IMG/VR virus record: IMGVR_UViG_3300037692_000137
Span: 128,001-192,000 of that record
Reading direction: 5' to 3' (one strand)
Origin: a virus
Lineage: Duplodnaviria; Caudoviricetes
Length of the DNA: 64,000 nt
The notes under the pieces were generated by a model, which was not told the DNA's origin, ran no database searches, and was given only the letters and a program-made list of their open reading frames with translations. The position numbers and the translations under genes are program-made. Position 1 is the first letter of the stretch. Every line of letters begins with the position of its first letter. This document shows positions 12,001-19,001 of the stretch, one piece after another.

Positions 12001-15000
12001 GGCGTGCTCAGTTACTGGTGATTCATTTGGTTTAAAGGTGCTTATGTCAGCCAGTAACTTAGTTACCAAGTCAGATACAGCACTCTGCTCTAAACGTGTT
12101 TGTGGATTAACACCTATAGATTGTATTTTAGATGTGTAGTCTTCCTCGCGACGCAGCGTTCCGGCTTGTAAAGCTTTGCTATAGAGCTTCTCTAGACCTG
12201 TTTCAAACATGGCAAATTTAGATAAGGCCCTCTCTGATCCGTGTGCAGTTTCTAATATAGGGGTTCCGGAAGGAGTCATTCTAGCGGCAGGCAGTGCTAC
12301 ATTACGTATGTAGGGTGCAGGGTGCTCTCTCCTTGTGGTGTCTACGTCGGCTAGGCCTCTATTAACCTCAGCCACAGCATAGGTCTGTCTAGTGAGTTGT
12401 GTTAGAGGACCAAGCTGGCTACCTACTGCTTTTTTCACGCCCTCTACTAAATTGACACTACCTTTAGAAGTTTCATAAGCGGTTTTAAGATCAAGCAATG
12501 CTTTTTTAATTTCAGGATCTGACACAGTGGTCCAACCAGCTATATTTTCTTTTGACGCAGATTTCATCCATGTGGCTACTTTACTAGCCAGTAAGTCTGT
12601 ATTTTCGTCAGTACTTCCGCCATGAGTTATACCAGCCATCAATTTATCAAGTTGAAGTTCTTTAAATGCTGATACTATTTGGTTTGGATCTCCTGTAGCA
12701 GTTCTTTTACTTTTTGTAAGTTCCTTTTGCATAGACTTTATATCTGCTATCTGCATGGTCCACATCTTAGAGTTAGTCTGATTTAGACTATTACTTACAT
12801 TTGTAAAGTATTTGCTGCTTTCCGGAGCGCCGGGCATTTCTAAAGGCTTCCAGTCAGACTTACCAAGCTGCTCGGTAACTGTTTTAGTAATATCTTTTAG
12901 TAGGGCATTCAATGAATTAGATAGTTGGCGCTCCATAGCATGGACGTCGAGGGAGGCTCTTGACGTGGATATACCTTTAAGTATGTCTTGTACGGACTCA
13001 GCCATCTGATCTTTTGCAGCCGATACTTTATCAAACTCTTGTTTCATACTATCAGGACTATAACTACCCGCTGCTGGTTTTATTACTTTAGACCCATAAA
13101 TAGCCCGTTGTTCTGGTATATTACCTATGGATTTAATTCTTGCTACGTTAACATCGGGTATAGTGGGTGACTTGACGCCAACGTTAGTACCACTTTTTGT
13201 AGTAGGTGCCGCCAAGACAGTATGTTTAGTACTATCAGATAGTTTAGTTAAAGAAGCGGCTACCTCGGCTACATTACGTTCTAATGCCTCAAATTTGCTG
13301 CTTAAATCATCTGTTTTTATAGCTCTAACTTTAGTTACTAAACTATCAACAACCTGAGACCCGGCTTTGGCTTGATTGACCATAGCAACCTCAGTTGTAT
13401 TTTGTAGTTCCTCAATTAAAGAGCGTAGTGCTGCAATCTCACCTGAAGCTTTTTTCACCTCTGGGCTATTAAAAGAACCAGTTCTTATAGCCTTATTTAT
13501 AGCCTCAGTTTTAACACTTAAAGAGTCTGTAAGAACTCCTTTTAAAGATTCTAAATTCTTTTTTAAATTAGATATAGCCTGTTTATAGTTATTAAAATAA
13601 CCACTTAAAGCTTTGGCAGCCTCATCCGCATTTAAATCAAGCAGTACATCTAATTTTACATTATCTGGGAATTTAGCTGTTATTAGTTTCTCTATATTTT
13701 CTAACTTGGGGGATACTATAATTTCAGCTGTCCCAGAAGAAATTTCTTTTATTACAGAGTTAAGTTCTTTTTTAATATCAGCTGTATCAATTGTTACATC
13801 TAATGAGGCGGCCTTATCAATAATAGTTAGTAGTGCGGTTATCTCTTTTAATTTTTTATTGAGAGCACCATCTACACCTATTTTAAGATCTCTGTCCTTT
13901 ACTAAAGAGTCAATTTCTTTTTCGGCGGTTTTAGTATCAGCAGCAACCTGTACAGTAACTTTACCACTAAGAGAGTTTACTAAGGAGTCAACTGTTTTTC
14001 TTAACTCTTTATCATCAATATCAACGGATATAGTTAACTTTTCTGAAAGTTTGCTAAGCTTATTAATTATATCTTTATCGTTGAGCGCTACATCTAATTG
14101 TTGTTTAGCCCTCTTAGTAACAATGCCAACATCTTTTATATTACCGGTAGCGCCACTAGCTTTTAAAAGTTTAGGTAATTCCTCTAATGACTTGCTTATA
14201 TTATGTAACTCAGCAATCATAGAAACTAGCGCCTTGTCTGTTTGTTTAGAGGGCTCTTTACTACCGGTACTTGCTTGCTTAACAGCGGTTAATGCCGTTA
14301 GTCCTTTTTCTACTGATTTGGTTATAGCTGATGCTAGTTTGTCTGCATCAATATTTCCTCCGGCGGAGGAACGTTGTTTTGTGGTCTCTTCTTTTACAGC
14401 CTTTTTTATTTGACTTAATTCTTTTATAACGTCGGCACTAGCTGCTGGTGAGGATTCCACTACTTTGGATAGCCTTGTCAGGCCGGAAGTAAGTTGTTTA
14501 ATCTCTGAATATAATTTTGATAGTCCGGCACTCACTGCCTTTACATCTGATGTGTCTTTGGTAGTGGTAACTGTAGATTTGTAGGAGTTGTCTACACTTT
14601 TAGCTAAACCATCTATAGCTGTTTGTAATTTAGTTAGTTTACCAAAATCTGCGGAAGCTGGATCTTTTTTAATGGCTGTTAGAATGGAGGCGTTAAGATC
14701 GCGGATACTTTTTTCGATAGATGCTTTGTCGGATTTTCCTGACGCAGCACTTAGTACTTTTGTTAAAGCGCCTAATTCCTTTGTTACAACTGATTCTAGT
14801 GCTTTGGTATCTAATGCTGTGGTTGATTTACCAGAAGCTGTGGTACCCGTCATAGTAACGCTTCTTTGGAACTCCTTGGCTATTGTTTTGGAAATGGTAT
14901 CCGCTATAATCTTTGCTTGCTGCGCAGTAGCTTTTGTAGCAGTACTTGCCTGAGCCTTACCATTTATGTCGATAAGTCCGTCTCTTAGCGCTTTTTTAAT

Positions 15001-15141
15001 AGAAGAAGCTAACTTGTCATTTAAATTATTAAATGCTTTTGTTAGTGTACTATCTAAAGTAGTTGCAATATTATCAGACTTAGTACTTCCTGCGCTTGAT
15101 CCACTTATTATGTGAGATACTGTAATGTCGTGCTTAGCCAA
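1..15141 (-). CDS. Giant tail tape measure protein fused to a two-barrel RNA polymerase and a PD-(D/E)xK nuclease (>=5047 aa, runs off the left edge)
   Basis: TTG start at 15139-15141 with AGGAGG 7 nt upstream (MAKHDITVSHIISGS...). All motifs checked from 15141 to base 1 (...KKDFEEY) are in the same frame. It is absent from the ORF track, consistent with no stop inside the window. TP901-type core at ~2300-3240 (GAIGRAVKWGAASSVVYGGFAQLKQAI...AKQYGVGVTDILQSMNVFAQQG...RQSGKEVGTSLRFILRRL). Position follows major tail protein and chaperones. Confidence 0.93.
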   Translation of the reverse strand, partial: MAKHDITVSHIISGSSAGSTKSDNIATTLDSTLTKAFNNLNDKLASSIKKALRDGLIDINGKAQASTATKATAQQAKIIADTISKTIAKEFQRSVTMTGTTASGKSTTALDTKALESVVTKELGALTKVLSAASGKSDKASIEKSIRDLNASILTAIKKDPASADFGKLTKLQTAIDGLAKSVDNSYKSTVTTTKDTSDVKAVSAGLSKLYSEIKQLTSGLTRLSKVVESSPAASADVIKELSQIKKAVKEETTKQRSSAGGNIDADKLASAITKSVEKGLTALTAVKQASTGSKEPSKQTDKALVSMIAELHNISKSLEELPKLLKASGATGNIKDVGIVTKRAKQQLDVALNDKDIINKLSKLSEKLTISVDIDDKELRKTVDSLVNSLSGKVTVQVAADTKTAEKEIDSLVKDRDLKIGVDGALNKKLKEITALLTIIDKAASLDVTIDTADIKKELNSVIKEISSGTAEIIVSPKLENIEKLITAKFPDNVKLDVLLDLNADEAAKALSGYFNNYKQAISNLKKNLESLKGVLTDSLSVKTEAINKAIRTGSFNSPEVKKASGEIAALRSLIEELQNTTEVAMVNQAKAGSQVVDSLVTKVRAIKTDDLSSKFEALERNVAEVAASLTKLSDSTKHTVLAAPTTKSGTNVGVKSPTIPDVNVARIKSIGNIPEQRAIYGSKVIKPAAGSYSPDSMKQEFDKVSAAKDQMAESVQDILKGISTSRASLDVHAMERQLSNSLNALLKDITKTVTEQLGKSDWKPLEMPGAPESSKYFTNVSNSLNQTNSKMWTMQIADIKSMQKELTKSKRTATGDPNQIVSAFKELQLDKLMAGITHGGSTDENTDLLASKVATWMKSASKENIAGWTTVSDPEIKKALLDLKTAYETSKGSVNLVEGVKKAVGSQLGPLTQLTRQTYAVAEVNRGLADVDTTRREHPAPYIRNVALPAARMTPSGTPILETAHGSERALSKFAMFETGLEKLYSKALQAGTLRREEDYTSKIQSIGVNPQTRLEQSAVSDLVTKLLADISTFKPNESPVTEHARVTKEFSGIKEGYKAAAVSTMVQKKRIDPDLDIQPTLTNINKQIDQFTLDPNKDLKTQVMSFVNIMNAAQVSAYDFAKALDKVEFKNIYDIYGKVLEAPLKKLVEKPAYQSGARGFESATKQVEQLMPLIEPGKPRRGLQQSNVVNLLSRGTPGLYPTERDYELKPEEHKNYIKDLNLRFKEMYAERDMLAKLATESPESTLIVKRLQELPSQGRKLASLGIPESQASSIAYLKSNKVRGADEDNKDYEEGLSYLKALGGTNIKMFVDDLTSMAPFGEFQQLGRNIAGVTNAMSSSIDEINGLTDKFGVSRVKGLGTTTPTLRTEREKSLIEGGRYGEKGYGFNVTAELRHTSGTFEDQILVSGKLADAVTSLTKTLVLPAAGGRMLGKELSTSGKGTEAVSDVKPGVLKDVDSADAINKVYSQFQDMMGVSNTYKGRADKAFITEVQKSMATVRSENVEVQAAKVAEVFMNHFGRKFTTRFGSKGVSMTSTDTSKMSDILKTWGDKNIKVLTSEEQVNAGLGTAKMPKSMGQLAAELLDSQIEGLTASGASQSEVEGLKSQLINSGNKFMIEYFKDATSGLTVPEEATIQQDIYNKAKELFSSIGIAITDGVDGINNLKQTYSSMIKEGGLYELKPIDVRISSLGAGKRGLQTEVLETILNNVANVQKASEKDEAHTTLRDTFDPDMYKKLLGGGKESLSTYSSALGFKGTDPGKAEKELTKIFMQRGKQSDQAAVMAKRGAALEEMSNFYSEVIDEFGEKRKSLVGQKFLQVVEEPTATEAWSTTDVRKRVKGAKLNVPAYTAYLNVFGKDSELMKEINQTPIQGAGSQADLVEQLSDTDKKHWEYIKTLIANTNKDSEVLGALRNKLDKVSVDELNSFDYSTGTLDKGKRSMLGTVMDVEKFNKPFMLQLPSPDASKAKLGQKPTAFEDFYVPSPAGRGVYPEPLVAGEFGPEEPTRVLQNLINSAKDYQDFVTNTEQYYMAKNVDSRKTAEAVMKEAAAGMLKSSVLSTTSDIRVKGGRLSTYDPKYVKELEQMWITFKKNINDALSESMNKSYASSMEGVVQSQANYAEKRYNAILKSLRHAGATVSSQLSEGKVPFKTDPKGNLLEQLNTISKDFSGGKGMLEQEMNNKLAAVQKAKINYLETLAETTLGKSGSVAETLFTRKIPAVMAKAVSATVDKTKDLETFDTQMSAIISDLEGLSPEMQQEMGISEKSIKYLKTLQEQTQSIKEKHSERLKRTSELGLPILGQHEIGVPAEIARKIPVSFTKKFTKEGEAAPATKVEGTLLDMLRYTQDLQGKGNTSEEKATIKKYIEEELAPYIESLRYPFTGTSSIQPYKAKLLGEGKGGMASNVLAVPGMPNLPMDALSGVIQRVTKQRESLSTVRATELGKGAAASPEKLAKLTDLIDGLNAAISNLLPKYIAHQQKLDFDGDAIEIHSAINLKSRNDIKKHYDTLTQDLTDTASVFRDQFTYGAVQPPASEYTLAEMGESFAKKFPTEKGFSFMQKPFATEDMGFLSLSEQLQALAGDSKDLNKVLEQVSNMLDKTDADKLETAVSNIKDLSNADELKNNADKIAEVVETLDDKFKKSFKFQTGATLANERTKSAVAAQLFKIHTGPETEAFTRLSLSYNKDVSGGSSLIGAKGDQKFSRDEQSRMNELTRFSLQKGMDVKHAGAASVSSDITKDIMELGGGEKVYKNVLNNKDYEDLKDFVKADAQAITDRIHSMLSKGMTEDVQSMASAYGVTADLSDIDKFTAEMVDKMGFRGFLTRLEQSIRNSALDTLQKQIAATRGKGMSPDTLKAAAEEEYTRRLKESSPSAVASSLITSKEAPLYKFRTAGATTESQAGAYISKHGKGSLDLDVGIAKLQPGSYGKKEEARYSSSMAKAVATAANLEDELNQLYEVSGSGAYGELVKTSADRLKNSQKDVQAATAAIANYEPLDVKSIQDSIGKLTELTTGDLADMSPIHEQVFKDRSSAKDLMRMRDVVDYYTTLAGLPVVEPSVLQEIELLGKSELSKIAETKFKDQGLTPEELQTKVDEYVKVFSEKMKSLYSLDRALKVFKTSSASGMDVAAMLPPVSSGRSAKGTAYPSAAGIEAVKVASPIMDADLTGSVGGTPPPVTPGISAPGAGVPGGPFTFTGGALNVHLQSIASGIGLFVGDTPPSSKTKMASEPAVDVEQLKKWSNQITGGNNELNGATYETMYRASALAGGGEYKSGFKREDFSEKELNSSQLTAIVAAMRGEKGGVPNDFLEASALVGQAIHAKIQKDIMSMDPSSAIEQFVALTTKAGTITGHIDVVMKNETTGEKYPIDIKTVGEGVKNAIGVAIQAAGTSDFPEVYAKLIEKGDKPSLAAAYKLLDVASQLNVYMSAIGSSKGEANYYSSTSKGTDTPEVVKFKQDPALLAKDVDAISKARRFAGKFRTTGSLEEQENAAKKASPLNISESDLKSMLDESSKHFESIKSAGGGRQRTSSYRPMTPKENEEKVKGFKLDETDSISDIDKLYSPKIASGKDVWADLENFITFHTAAKEFQRQVRNINYDEELNNLEKVSKDLSDIIRGTGKTGPDMDKFRAATDKFKQLATDQGGPEGERKAGAQLNKAWKLYRMAEGDYYLSQAKEAKKAYEAASTSKDFESETASYGKAQSAIARMRKFVSRVAGSRTDIYTEDKKFVMPEMARRLNVYQTPGELATKSTTPLGDDKQLQAMFENIVADLQKDNTMTPAVEKARTAVSTITGSNVKREMVDMMQNAEMLTRMGSDVMHAWDFDLLAEKLSRLRASLERYMKYNLTDDFGAAQKKNLETVIKYLKSVENSYTMINQSANKDWGEAGAVPVPKWLAPKEQLAMHTSNVEKVKEYFEKPQEAGGARVGEVRSYPIKVLDQTGQIVRNVVVDFAKYGKSLSDITIKERDLAAAMQGSNSGFRGAIGRAVKWGAASSVVYGGFAQLKQAISTLSEIEYGLATLKMMLNPLSADIEGLSAAAVKFAKQYGVGVTDILQSMNVFAQQGLTQAEIIDRTRVSTLAANVTTLKASEATEALTSAMKIYQEEGNSAMRFLDAWSEVEAKSAITAGDLANAIQKSASAAKIAGVTFDQLNGIVAAIGSTTRQSGKEVGTSLRFILRRLSAEKGPQQLGKLGIPVMEPTGQLRAGFNVLDDLSKKWKDLSNAQKLTTSQALGGTRQYNSLIALMDNWDQALRATKDSMNSKGSAERRNAELMGTYRKQLEQTKVALVELQMSIGKVALPAFKIGLSGVKTFLEALSAIPAPIKAAGAAFVTLLAYMTKGQQLAESLGDMLAGGKDFLGISGAGAQFSKELAKTKYELFGLGGGKLATAGLKTLGKFTTAGPEGEKTDVARGVKLSDFHSSFGKLAFKLQEVGKVFNSFVADSISTTGKGIASFGSAGKTVGTKLSSTAGIGETVADIRKRNSMTKEDVEKTVKELGIHQALKKLVSGGLAMGAEVAGMGSYLGGMAVKGFGDSLGDIGKKLTENLATDDTSFVAAVAPLLTTIAALVPAIKVLGDQYHRMTQSAQDYADSMYNTRSVQEDSLTNIKNMAASYDVLQNKIEDLNKLRDPGVQERRKSLSTYEAPIVTLGKAQEDVISLANQLAESNSNLVLGYDKVGNAVLKVSTNFADYFKVLDKSKTKQLAESEVDVASKFIEDLTKTGGSENTKKMLKDMASEIPVIGEMLAKGIKVAPAKAIADITAQLNKLLAIKAKSPMSSAIDKDIKKYQEALKALRTDYASTYKEFSNVLGNINTKGLDPNEVAKIFADPRLKEGYDVIVNMEPRLNVASLKGKINWQDVLGQTVMQRALPEAKSLGFTKELTKGKLESAGLFERQGKVLNNDIVLFMDDVTAKYNMAGKQAIVKLKETSDGVFEWVAQYFNTKTLKVEERSFDKNMQQLVENIFPANHIQDELTDKIEILNEFVAGAGAGIRAISAKDFKKEFDLGERFFSDVATTTLLQSGKGYTPTVTATPGKDFGESPFQKSWKKDFEEY
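2300..3240 (-). other. Tape-measure core domain (TP901-like), residues ~3970-4280 of the giant ORF
   Basis: Typical helical tape-measure motifs: LDAWSEVEAKSAITAGDLANAIQKSASAAKIAGVTFDQLNGIVAAIG, LGKLGIPV..PTGQLRAGFNVLDDL, SAERRNAELMGT. Confidence 0.85.
4780..5230 (-). other. PD-(D/E)xK (Cas4/RecB-like) nuclease domain within the giant ORF
   Basis: GQAIHAKIQ (H3317), IEQFV, GHID (D3351), PIDIKT (D3366/K3368), SQLNVY (Q3418/Y3422) in canonical order. Confidence 0.75.
6950..11190 (-). other. Single-chain double-psi beta-barrel RNA polymerase domain within the giant ORF (residues ~1320-2730)
   Basis: Beta-like: MAPFGEFQQLGRN, TFEDQILVS (10912-10938), GRKFTTRFGSKGVS (10537-10578), PIDVRISSLGAGKRGLQTEVLE. 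Beta'-like: GQHEIGVP, LRYPFTGTSSIQ, KLDFDGDAIEIH (DFDGD at 7687-7701), LQKGMDVKHAG trigger-loop pattern (6961-6990). Confidence 0.9.
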
Positions 15142-15220
15142 AGCTGTGCCTCCTAGGTAGTGTTACTTTGATCAATTAAACATTCTTTTGTTCATAATAA
15201 TAGAATGGTTACCTTATTAC

Positions 15221-16243
15221 TTAACTCCGGCGAGTGCGTTTTTTAATATCCGTTCTATCCTTTATTTTCTGGGCTTCTTTAGGTTTGTCATATTTTATAT
15301 CTTGATATAGATCATTAGACTGAGTAATTATTACTTCCTCTTTATTAAAGGCGGACATTCTACCTTTATTGGTCTTATTACTTTTTCTAGCAGCAGCCTC
15401 TTTTGTACGCTCATTATAGTAATCAGTCATATATGCATCTAATGCTTCATCATCATCTATTATACTGTCCGGGGGTCTGTCCTCGGGCATCATTTCATAT
15501 ATGTTAGAGTAGTAACTTGACCAATATATCAAATTCAACTGATCATTGGAGTATTCTACTGTAGGTATACCAAATAGGGCCTCATTAACTTTTTGGCTAT
15601 GTACATAACGTATACGCCATAAGTTGTGCCTTGCTATAAGCCTAATATTCTTCATTGGGATTCCATGATAAAAATGCAGAAAAGTATTCATAACTTTAAT
15701 CTTAAAGGCTATGTTTTTTTCTAACACCAAACTGTCAACGTTGTCCCAATAGTGCTTATCACCTTGTTCTGTGTAGGTGCAGGCCCAGCACAAGTAATTA
15801 TGCCTTTCTTCGTCAGCTTTTGTTTCGGCGGACATGACTAACCTAGAGTTCTTTTTATATTCTATTTCATTTATTTGATCTTTAATTTTATTGATAAGCC
15901 GTTTAATTCTTTCTGCATTAGCTTTTACTTTGGTGGTTTTAGACAGAAGCGCTTCTTGTGCTTCTAATTGTGACTTGAGTTTGTCAACTTTTGCTATGTC
16001 TTCTTCTGTATATAAACCACGCTCACTTAGTAACTGCTCTAGCTCAGTTATAGAGTACAACCCTTCACGGGTTGCTTGCTTATAGGCCCTCTCATAAACT
16101 AATGTAGCTCTAAGACGTATTTCAGAAGTTGGTTGCTTAAATATTAAGTATACATCTTCTGAACCTATAGTAATGTTTACTATTTCCTTTCCTGTGAAAA
16201 TCTTAAGTAGACAACTATCGACTTCTTCATAAGATAGTTCCAT
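15221..16243 (-). CDS. Putative tail assembly chaperone (340 aa), paralogue of the adjacent gene
   Basis: Immediately upstream of the tape measure gene; shares PT..R.A...Y...Y....EG.....E...L..RG pattern with 16303..17061. Confidence 0.55.
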   Translation of the reverse strand: MELSYEEVDSCLLKIFTGKEIVNITIGSEDVYLIFKQPTSEIRLRATLVYERAYKQATREGLYSITELEQLLSERGLYTEEDIAKVDKLKSQLEAQEALLSKTTKVKANAERIKRLINKIKDQINEIEYKKNSRLVMSAETKADEERHNYLCWACTYTEQGDKHYWDNVDSLVLEKNIAFKIKVMNTFLHFYHGIPMKNIRLIARHNLWRIRYVHSQKVNEALFGIPTVEYSNDQLNLIYWSSYYSNIYEMMPEDRPPDSIIDDDEALDAYMTDYYNERTKEAAARKSNKTNKGRMSAFNKEEVIITQSNDLYQDIKYDKPKEAQKIKDRTDIKKRTRRS

Positions 16244-16265
16244 GCGTGGCCTTATATATAGTTAT

Positions 16266-16285
16266 GGGGCTGTATAAACAGCCCC
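16266..16285 (-). terminator. GC-rich hairpin between the two chaperone genes
   Basis: GGGGCTGT-TTAT-ACAGCCCC; no clear U tract. Confidence 0.4.
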
Positions 16286-16302
16286 TTACAACAGACAATT
16301 CT

Positions 16303-17061
16303 TTATTTGGACTTTTTGCGGACTACTTTTGGTTTTGATATCTCAGAGTCAATGGCTGCATTGTGCTCCTCAACAGCAACTTGTTCTTCTTTAAGTTCTC
16401 CAACAAGCTCTTCTTCAGCGGCTGCTTTGGCGGCTTCCAAGGCGGCACGTGCGCGCCCCATAAGATCCTCTTCTACTTCTTTCATAGCCACTGCTTCCGG
16501 TGATTTTTCCATAAAGTTTGAGTCCAGCCCTTGTAGAAATAGCATTACTTCAAAGCGAGATCTCATTGCTAAATCCTTATTCTTTGACTTTAGAAAAACA
16601 TCATAAGTCTCCCATACCCTTTTACCAGTAGCATCTTTGGTGATGCTTGAAGTTAGATGTTCCAATCTGGCATCATCAGCCATCTGTTCACAAGTATTTG
16701 ACAAGGGGCCATTTAAGCGTTGATTCCATTGGAAAAGTTCCTCTCTGGCTATAGATACCTCTACAGCTAGATTTCTCTTATCTTCCATTGTTTCTGCTGA
16801 TTCTAGCTGATCGATCTTAGAACGTAGGTCCATTATAAGCTCTTGAGCTCTTTGTTCAAACTCAGGACCGATGATGCCTCTACGCATAAGGATATCCTGC
16901 ATTTCTGCAGCAGTTGTTATGCCCTCTACTAAACACTTGGTATATGTTTTGCTGTATTGCCAATCGGCACCGCGGATGTCTTCTGCGGTGGGGGATGAGA
17001 TAAAATATTCAGTGGTGCCATCAGCACCCATGAATTTGCGGTCTACACTGTTGTCACTCAT
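16303..17061 (-). CDS. Putative tail assembly chaperone (252 aa)
   Basis: Between major tail protein and tape measure gene; helical and acidic; AAGGAG RBS. Confidence 0.55.
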   Translation of the reverse strand: MSDNSVDRKFMGADGTTEYFISSPTAEDIRGADWQYSKTYTKCLVEGITTAAEMQDILMRRGIIGPEFEQRAQELIMDLRSKIDQLESAETMEDKRNLAVEVSIAREELFQWNQRLNGPLSNTCEQMADDARLEHLTSSITKDATGKRVWETYDVFLKSKNKDLAMRSRFEVMLFLQGLDSNFMEKSPEAVAMKEVEEDLMGRARAALEAAKAAAEEELVGELKEEQVAVEEHNAAIDSEISKPKVVRKKSK

Positions 17062-17100
17062 AATAGTCTCCTTTACCTTTAAATTAAAAACCTTAACCTT

Positions 17101-17352
17101 TTACTTCCTATTATTTGAAACTTCTATAATGTCCTCTGAGTTGATTTTTAATACCATCTCGTATTGATCTGACTTGTTTTTCAGATTTCTAATACAGTTG
17201 TTACCAACCCTGAGGATTTTGGCTCGAAGCGCTTTGAACGTTCCTTGATGTTCGCAGGCTACCTGAGCAAAGTCTAAAGCAGATTCAAATAGTCTTGTTA
17301 CTTCTTTTTCTATTTCTCTCTTAAATCTATCCCTGCTTTTTAGATTGTCCAT
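17101..17352 (-). CDS. Hypothetical protein (83 aa)
   Basis: ORF with GGAGG/AAGGA RBS in the tail operon. Confidence 0.6.
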   Translation of the reverse strand: MDNLKSRDRFKREIEKEVTRLFESALDFAQVACEHQGTFKALRAKILRVGNNCIRNLKNKSDQYEMVLKINSEDIIEVSNNRK

Positions 17353-17374
17353 TCCTTTAATCCTCCAAATATAT

Positions 17375-17404
17375 AAAAAGGGGTAGGGTGTTACCCCTAC
17401 CCCC
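17375..17404 (-). terminator. Intrinsic terminator after the major tail protein gene
   Basis: AGGGGTAGGG-GTAACA-CCCTACCCC followed by TTTTT on the minus strand. Confidence 0.8.
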
Positions 17405-17420
17405 TCCAGTTAATTAAAAA

Positions 17421-19001
17421 TTAACCATTACGTCTTACTTTGAAGTCACCTGTAATGTGTGAAACATCAAGGTCACCCTTAACTACATAAAGGTCGTTGG
17501 TTGACCTGAAACCAAATGTCTGAGTCATATTAGCACCCATATCAAGTGTTGAACCCTCATCAGTAATCTTGAGGTGTTCTACGATGATGGTTTTAAGAGC
17601 ATACTCTGTGTCGCCCGCAACATATGTGCCCATAACACCGTTGTTCCAGTAATTCTGACCAATAAGATCGGAACCAACTCTAACTGTTCTAACACTACCT
17701 GTGCCTTTAGCTTCCTCATCAGTTTGTGCGTAAACTTTAACAACAAGTTTAAGATCTTCAGAGGCCATAAGGTCGGCCAGGTTGATGTCATCTAAAGAGT
17801 CAGCATCAAACTCATTAAGACGGTTGGCTACTTTTGACCAGTTCTCCAAATCACCAGCTGTAGAATCTACAGTTACAGTAATCGGAATAGGAAGCGTAAG
17901 AGGTCTATCATAAGGTCCTAAATGACCAAGCTCTGATAGAGGCTCACGTGTAAGGTCAGAAGAAATAGTACAACCAGTCAAACGCCATGCTATATCCCAC
18001 TCAGCAGCATCATTAGCTACAATGTAAACTGCAACTTGTCCCTGACGAAGAGCCCCTAGGAAGTCAGGTCTTGAGGTAGCATCAAGTACTTGGAAGTATG
18101 TGTTTTGAGTTGTGTCTCCGTACCCATTAGCTGCGTACAGCATTTCTAACCTGTCTCCGGCAGCAAATGTGGTGCCTGTAGGGAAATAAAGTACGTGCCC
18201 TGTGCTGTTATATACAAAAGTAGTGGTTGCAGCAGCAGTCCCTGCTACAACAGCAACATTTTTCATCTCATTAGCTACGGAGTCATACCAAGTTACAGCA
18301 GGAGACCCGTTGTCATCTTTTCTTAAGAACCCAGGGTTTGCCGATGAAAGCTCGGCTACTACATAAGCTCCAGCAGATAAAGTTGTGGAGGTCTCTGAAC
18401 CGGTTGTAAAAGTGAAAGTATCCATGTTTACAAAGCGACCAGCATTCAGCAGCCACATCTTGTTATCAGTTTCAGCGCCATAGTTCTCTGTAGCGTTGGC
18501 GCCTGTGGTGTAACTAAATTCGAGACTATTAACATAAACTTCATCCATAAACAGAGTTTGGTCGATGTTATTAGCAAGTGTACCAATAGAGCACTCATCC
18601 TGTACAGGCGCCCAAATTGTAACACCGGGTAAATTACCGCATACTATTGAAAAGTCAGCCAGTGAAACACCATGCAGATAAGTACTGGTTTCTGCAAGCT
18701 GGGTACCACTTACAACAATTAAATTACCATTTGCACTTGTAGCAGTAGCACTCATAGCTGCTTTTACAGGTGAAACTTGCGCTAGTGTAGCCAGTGTTTT
18801 GACATCACCGAAGTCATTTGTGTTCAAGGTCACTGCCACTGCTGGAACGTCATCAACAACGTCGATGATATCCAGATGACCGAGTTCAAAAATATCTTCA
18901 CTGGTAAATGTCGTGGTGCTTCCTAAAGATTGTACACGGTAGAGAACCTCACCGTTACACCACACCGATTGGCTCGCATAAATTATTCTATTCCTTGCCA
19001 T
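17421..19001 (-). CDS. Major tail (tube) protein (526 aa)
   Basis: MARNRIIYASQSV N-terminus, RVQS, ELG motifs repeated in both halves (IFELGHL; LSELGHL), strong AGGAGG RBS, terminator downstream, position between tail terminator and chaperones. Confidence 0.75.
   Translation of the reverse strand: MARNRIIYASQSVWCNGEVLYRVQSLGSTTTFTSEDIFELGHLDIIDVVDDVPAVAVTLNTNDFGDVKTLATLAQVSPVKAAMSATATSANGNLIVVSGTQLAETSTYLHGVSLADFSIVCGNLPGVTIWAPVQDECSIGTLANNIDQTLFMDEVYVNSLEFSYTTGANATENYGAETDNKMWLLNAGRFVNMDTFTFTTGSETSTTLSAGAYVVAELSSANPGFLRKDDNGSPAVTWYDSVANEMKNVAVVAGTAAATTTFVYNSTGHVLYFPTGTTFAAGDRLEMLYAANGYGDTTQNTYFQVLDATSRPDFLGALRQGQVAVYIVANDAAEWDIAWRLTGCTISSDLTREPLSELGHLGPYDRPLTLPIPITVTVDSTAGDLENWSKVANRLNEFDADSLDDINLADLMASEDLKLVVKVYAQTDEEAKGTGSVRTVRVGSDLIGQNYWNNGVMGTYVAGDTEYALKTIIVEHLKITDEGSTLDMGANMTQTFGFRSTNDLYVVKGDLDVSHITGDFKVRRNG

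Noticed and set aside
65-14953. About 30 plus-strand ORFs in the track (60-266 aa)
   Set aside because: They are antisense shadows of the giant minus-strand ORF: S/L/F-rich, no RBS, no recognisable motifs.
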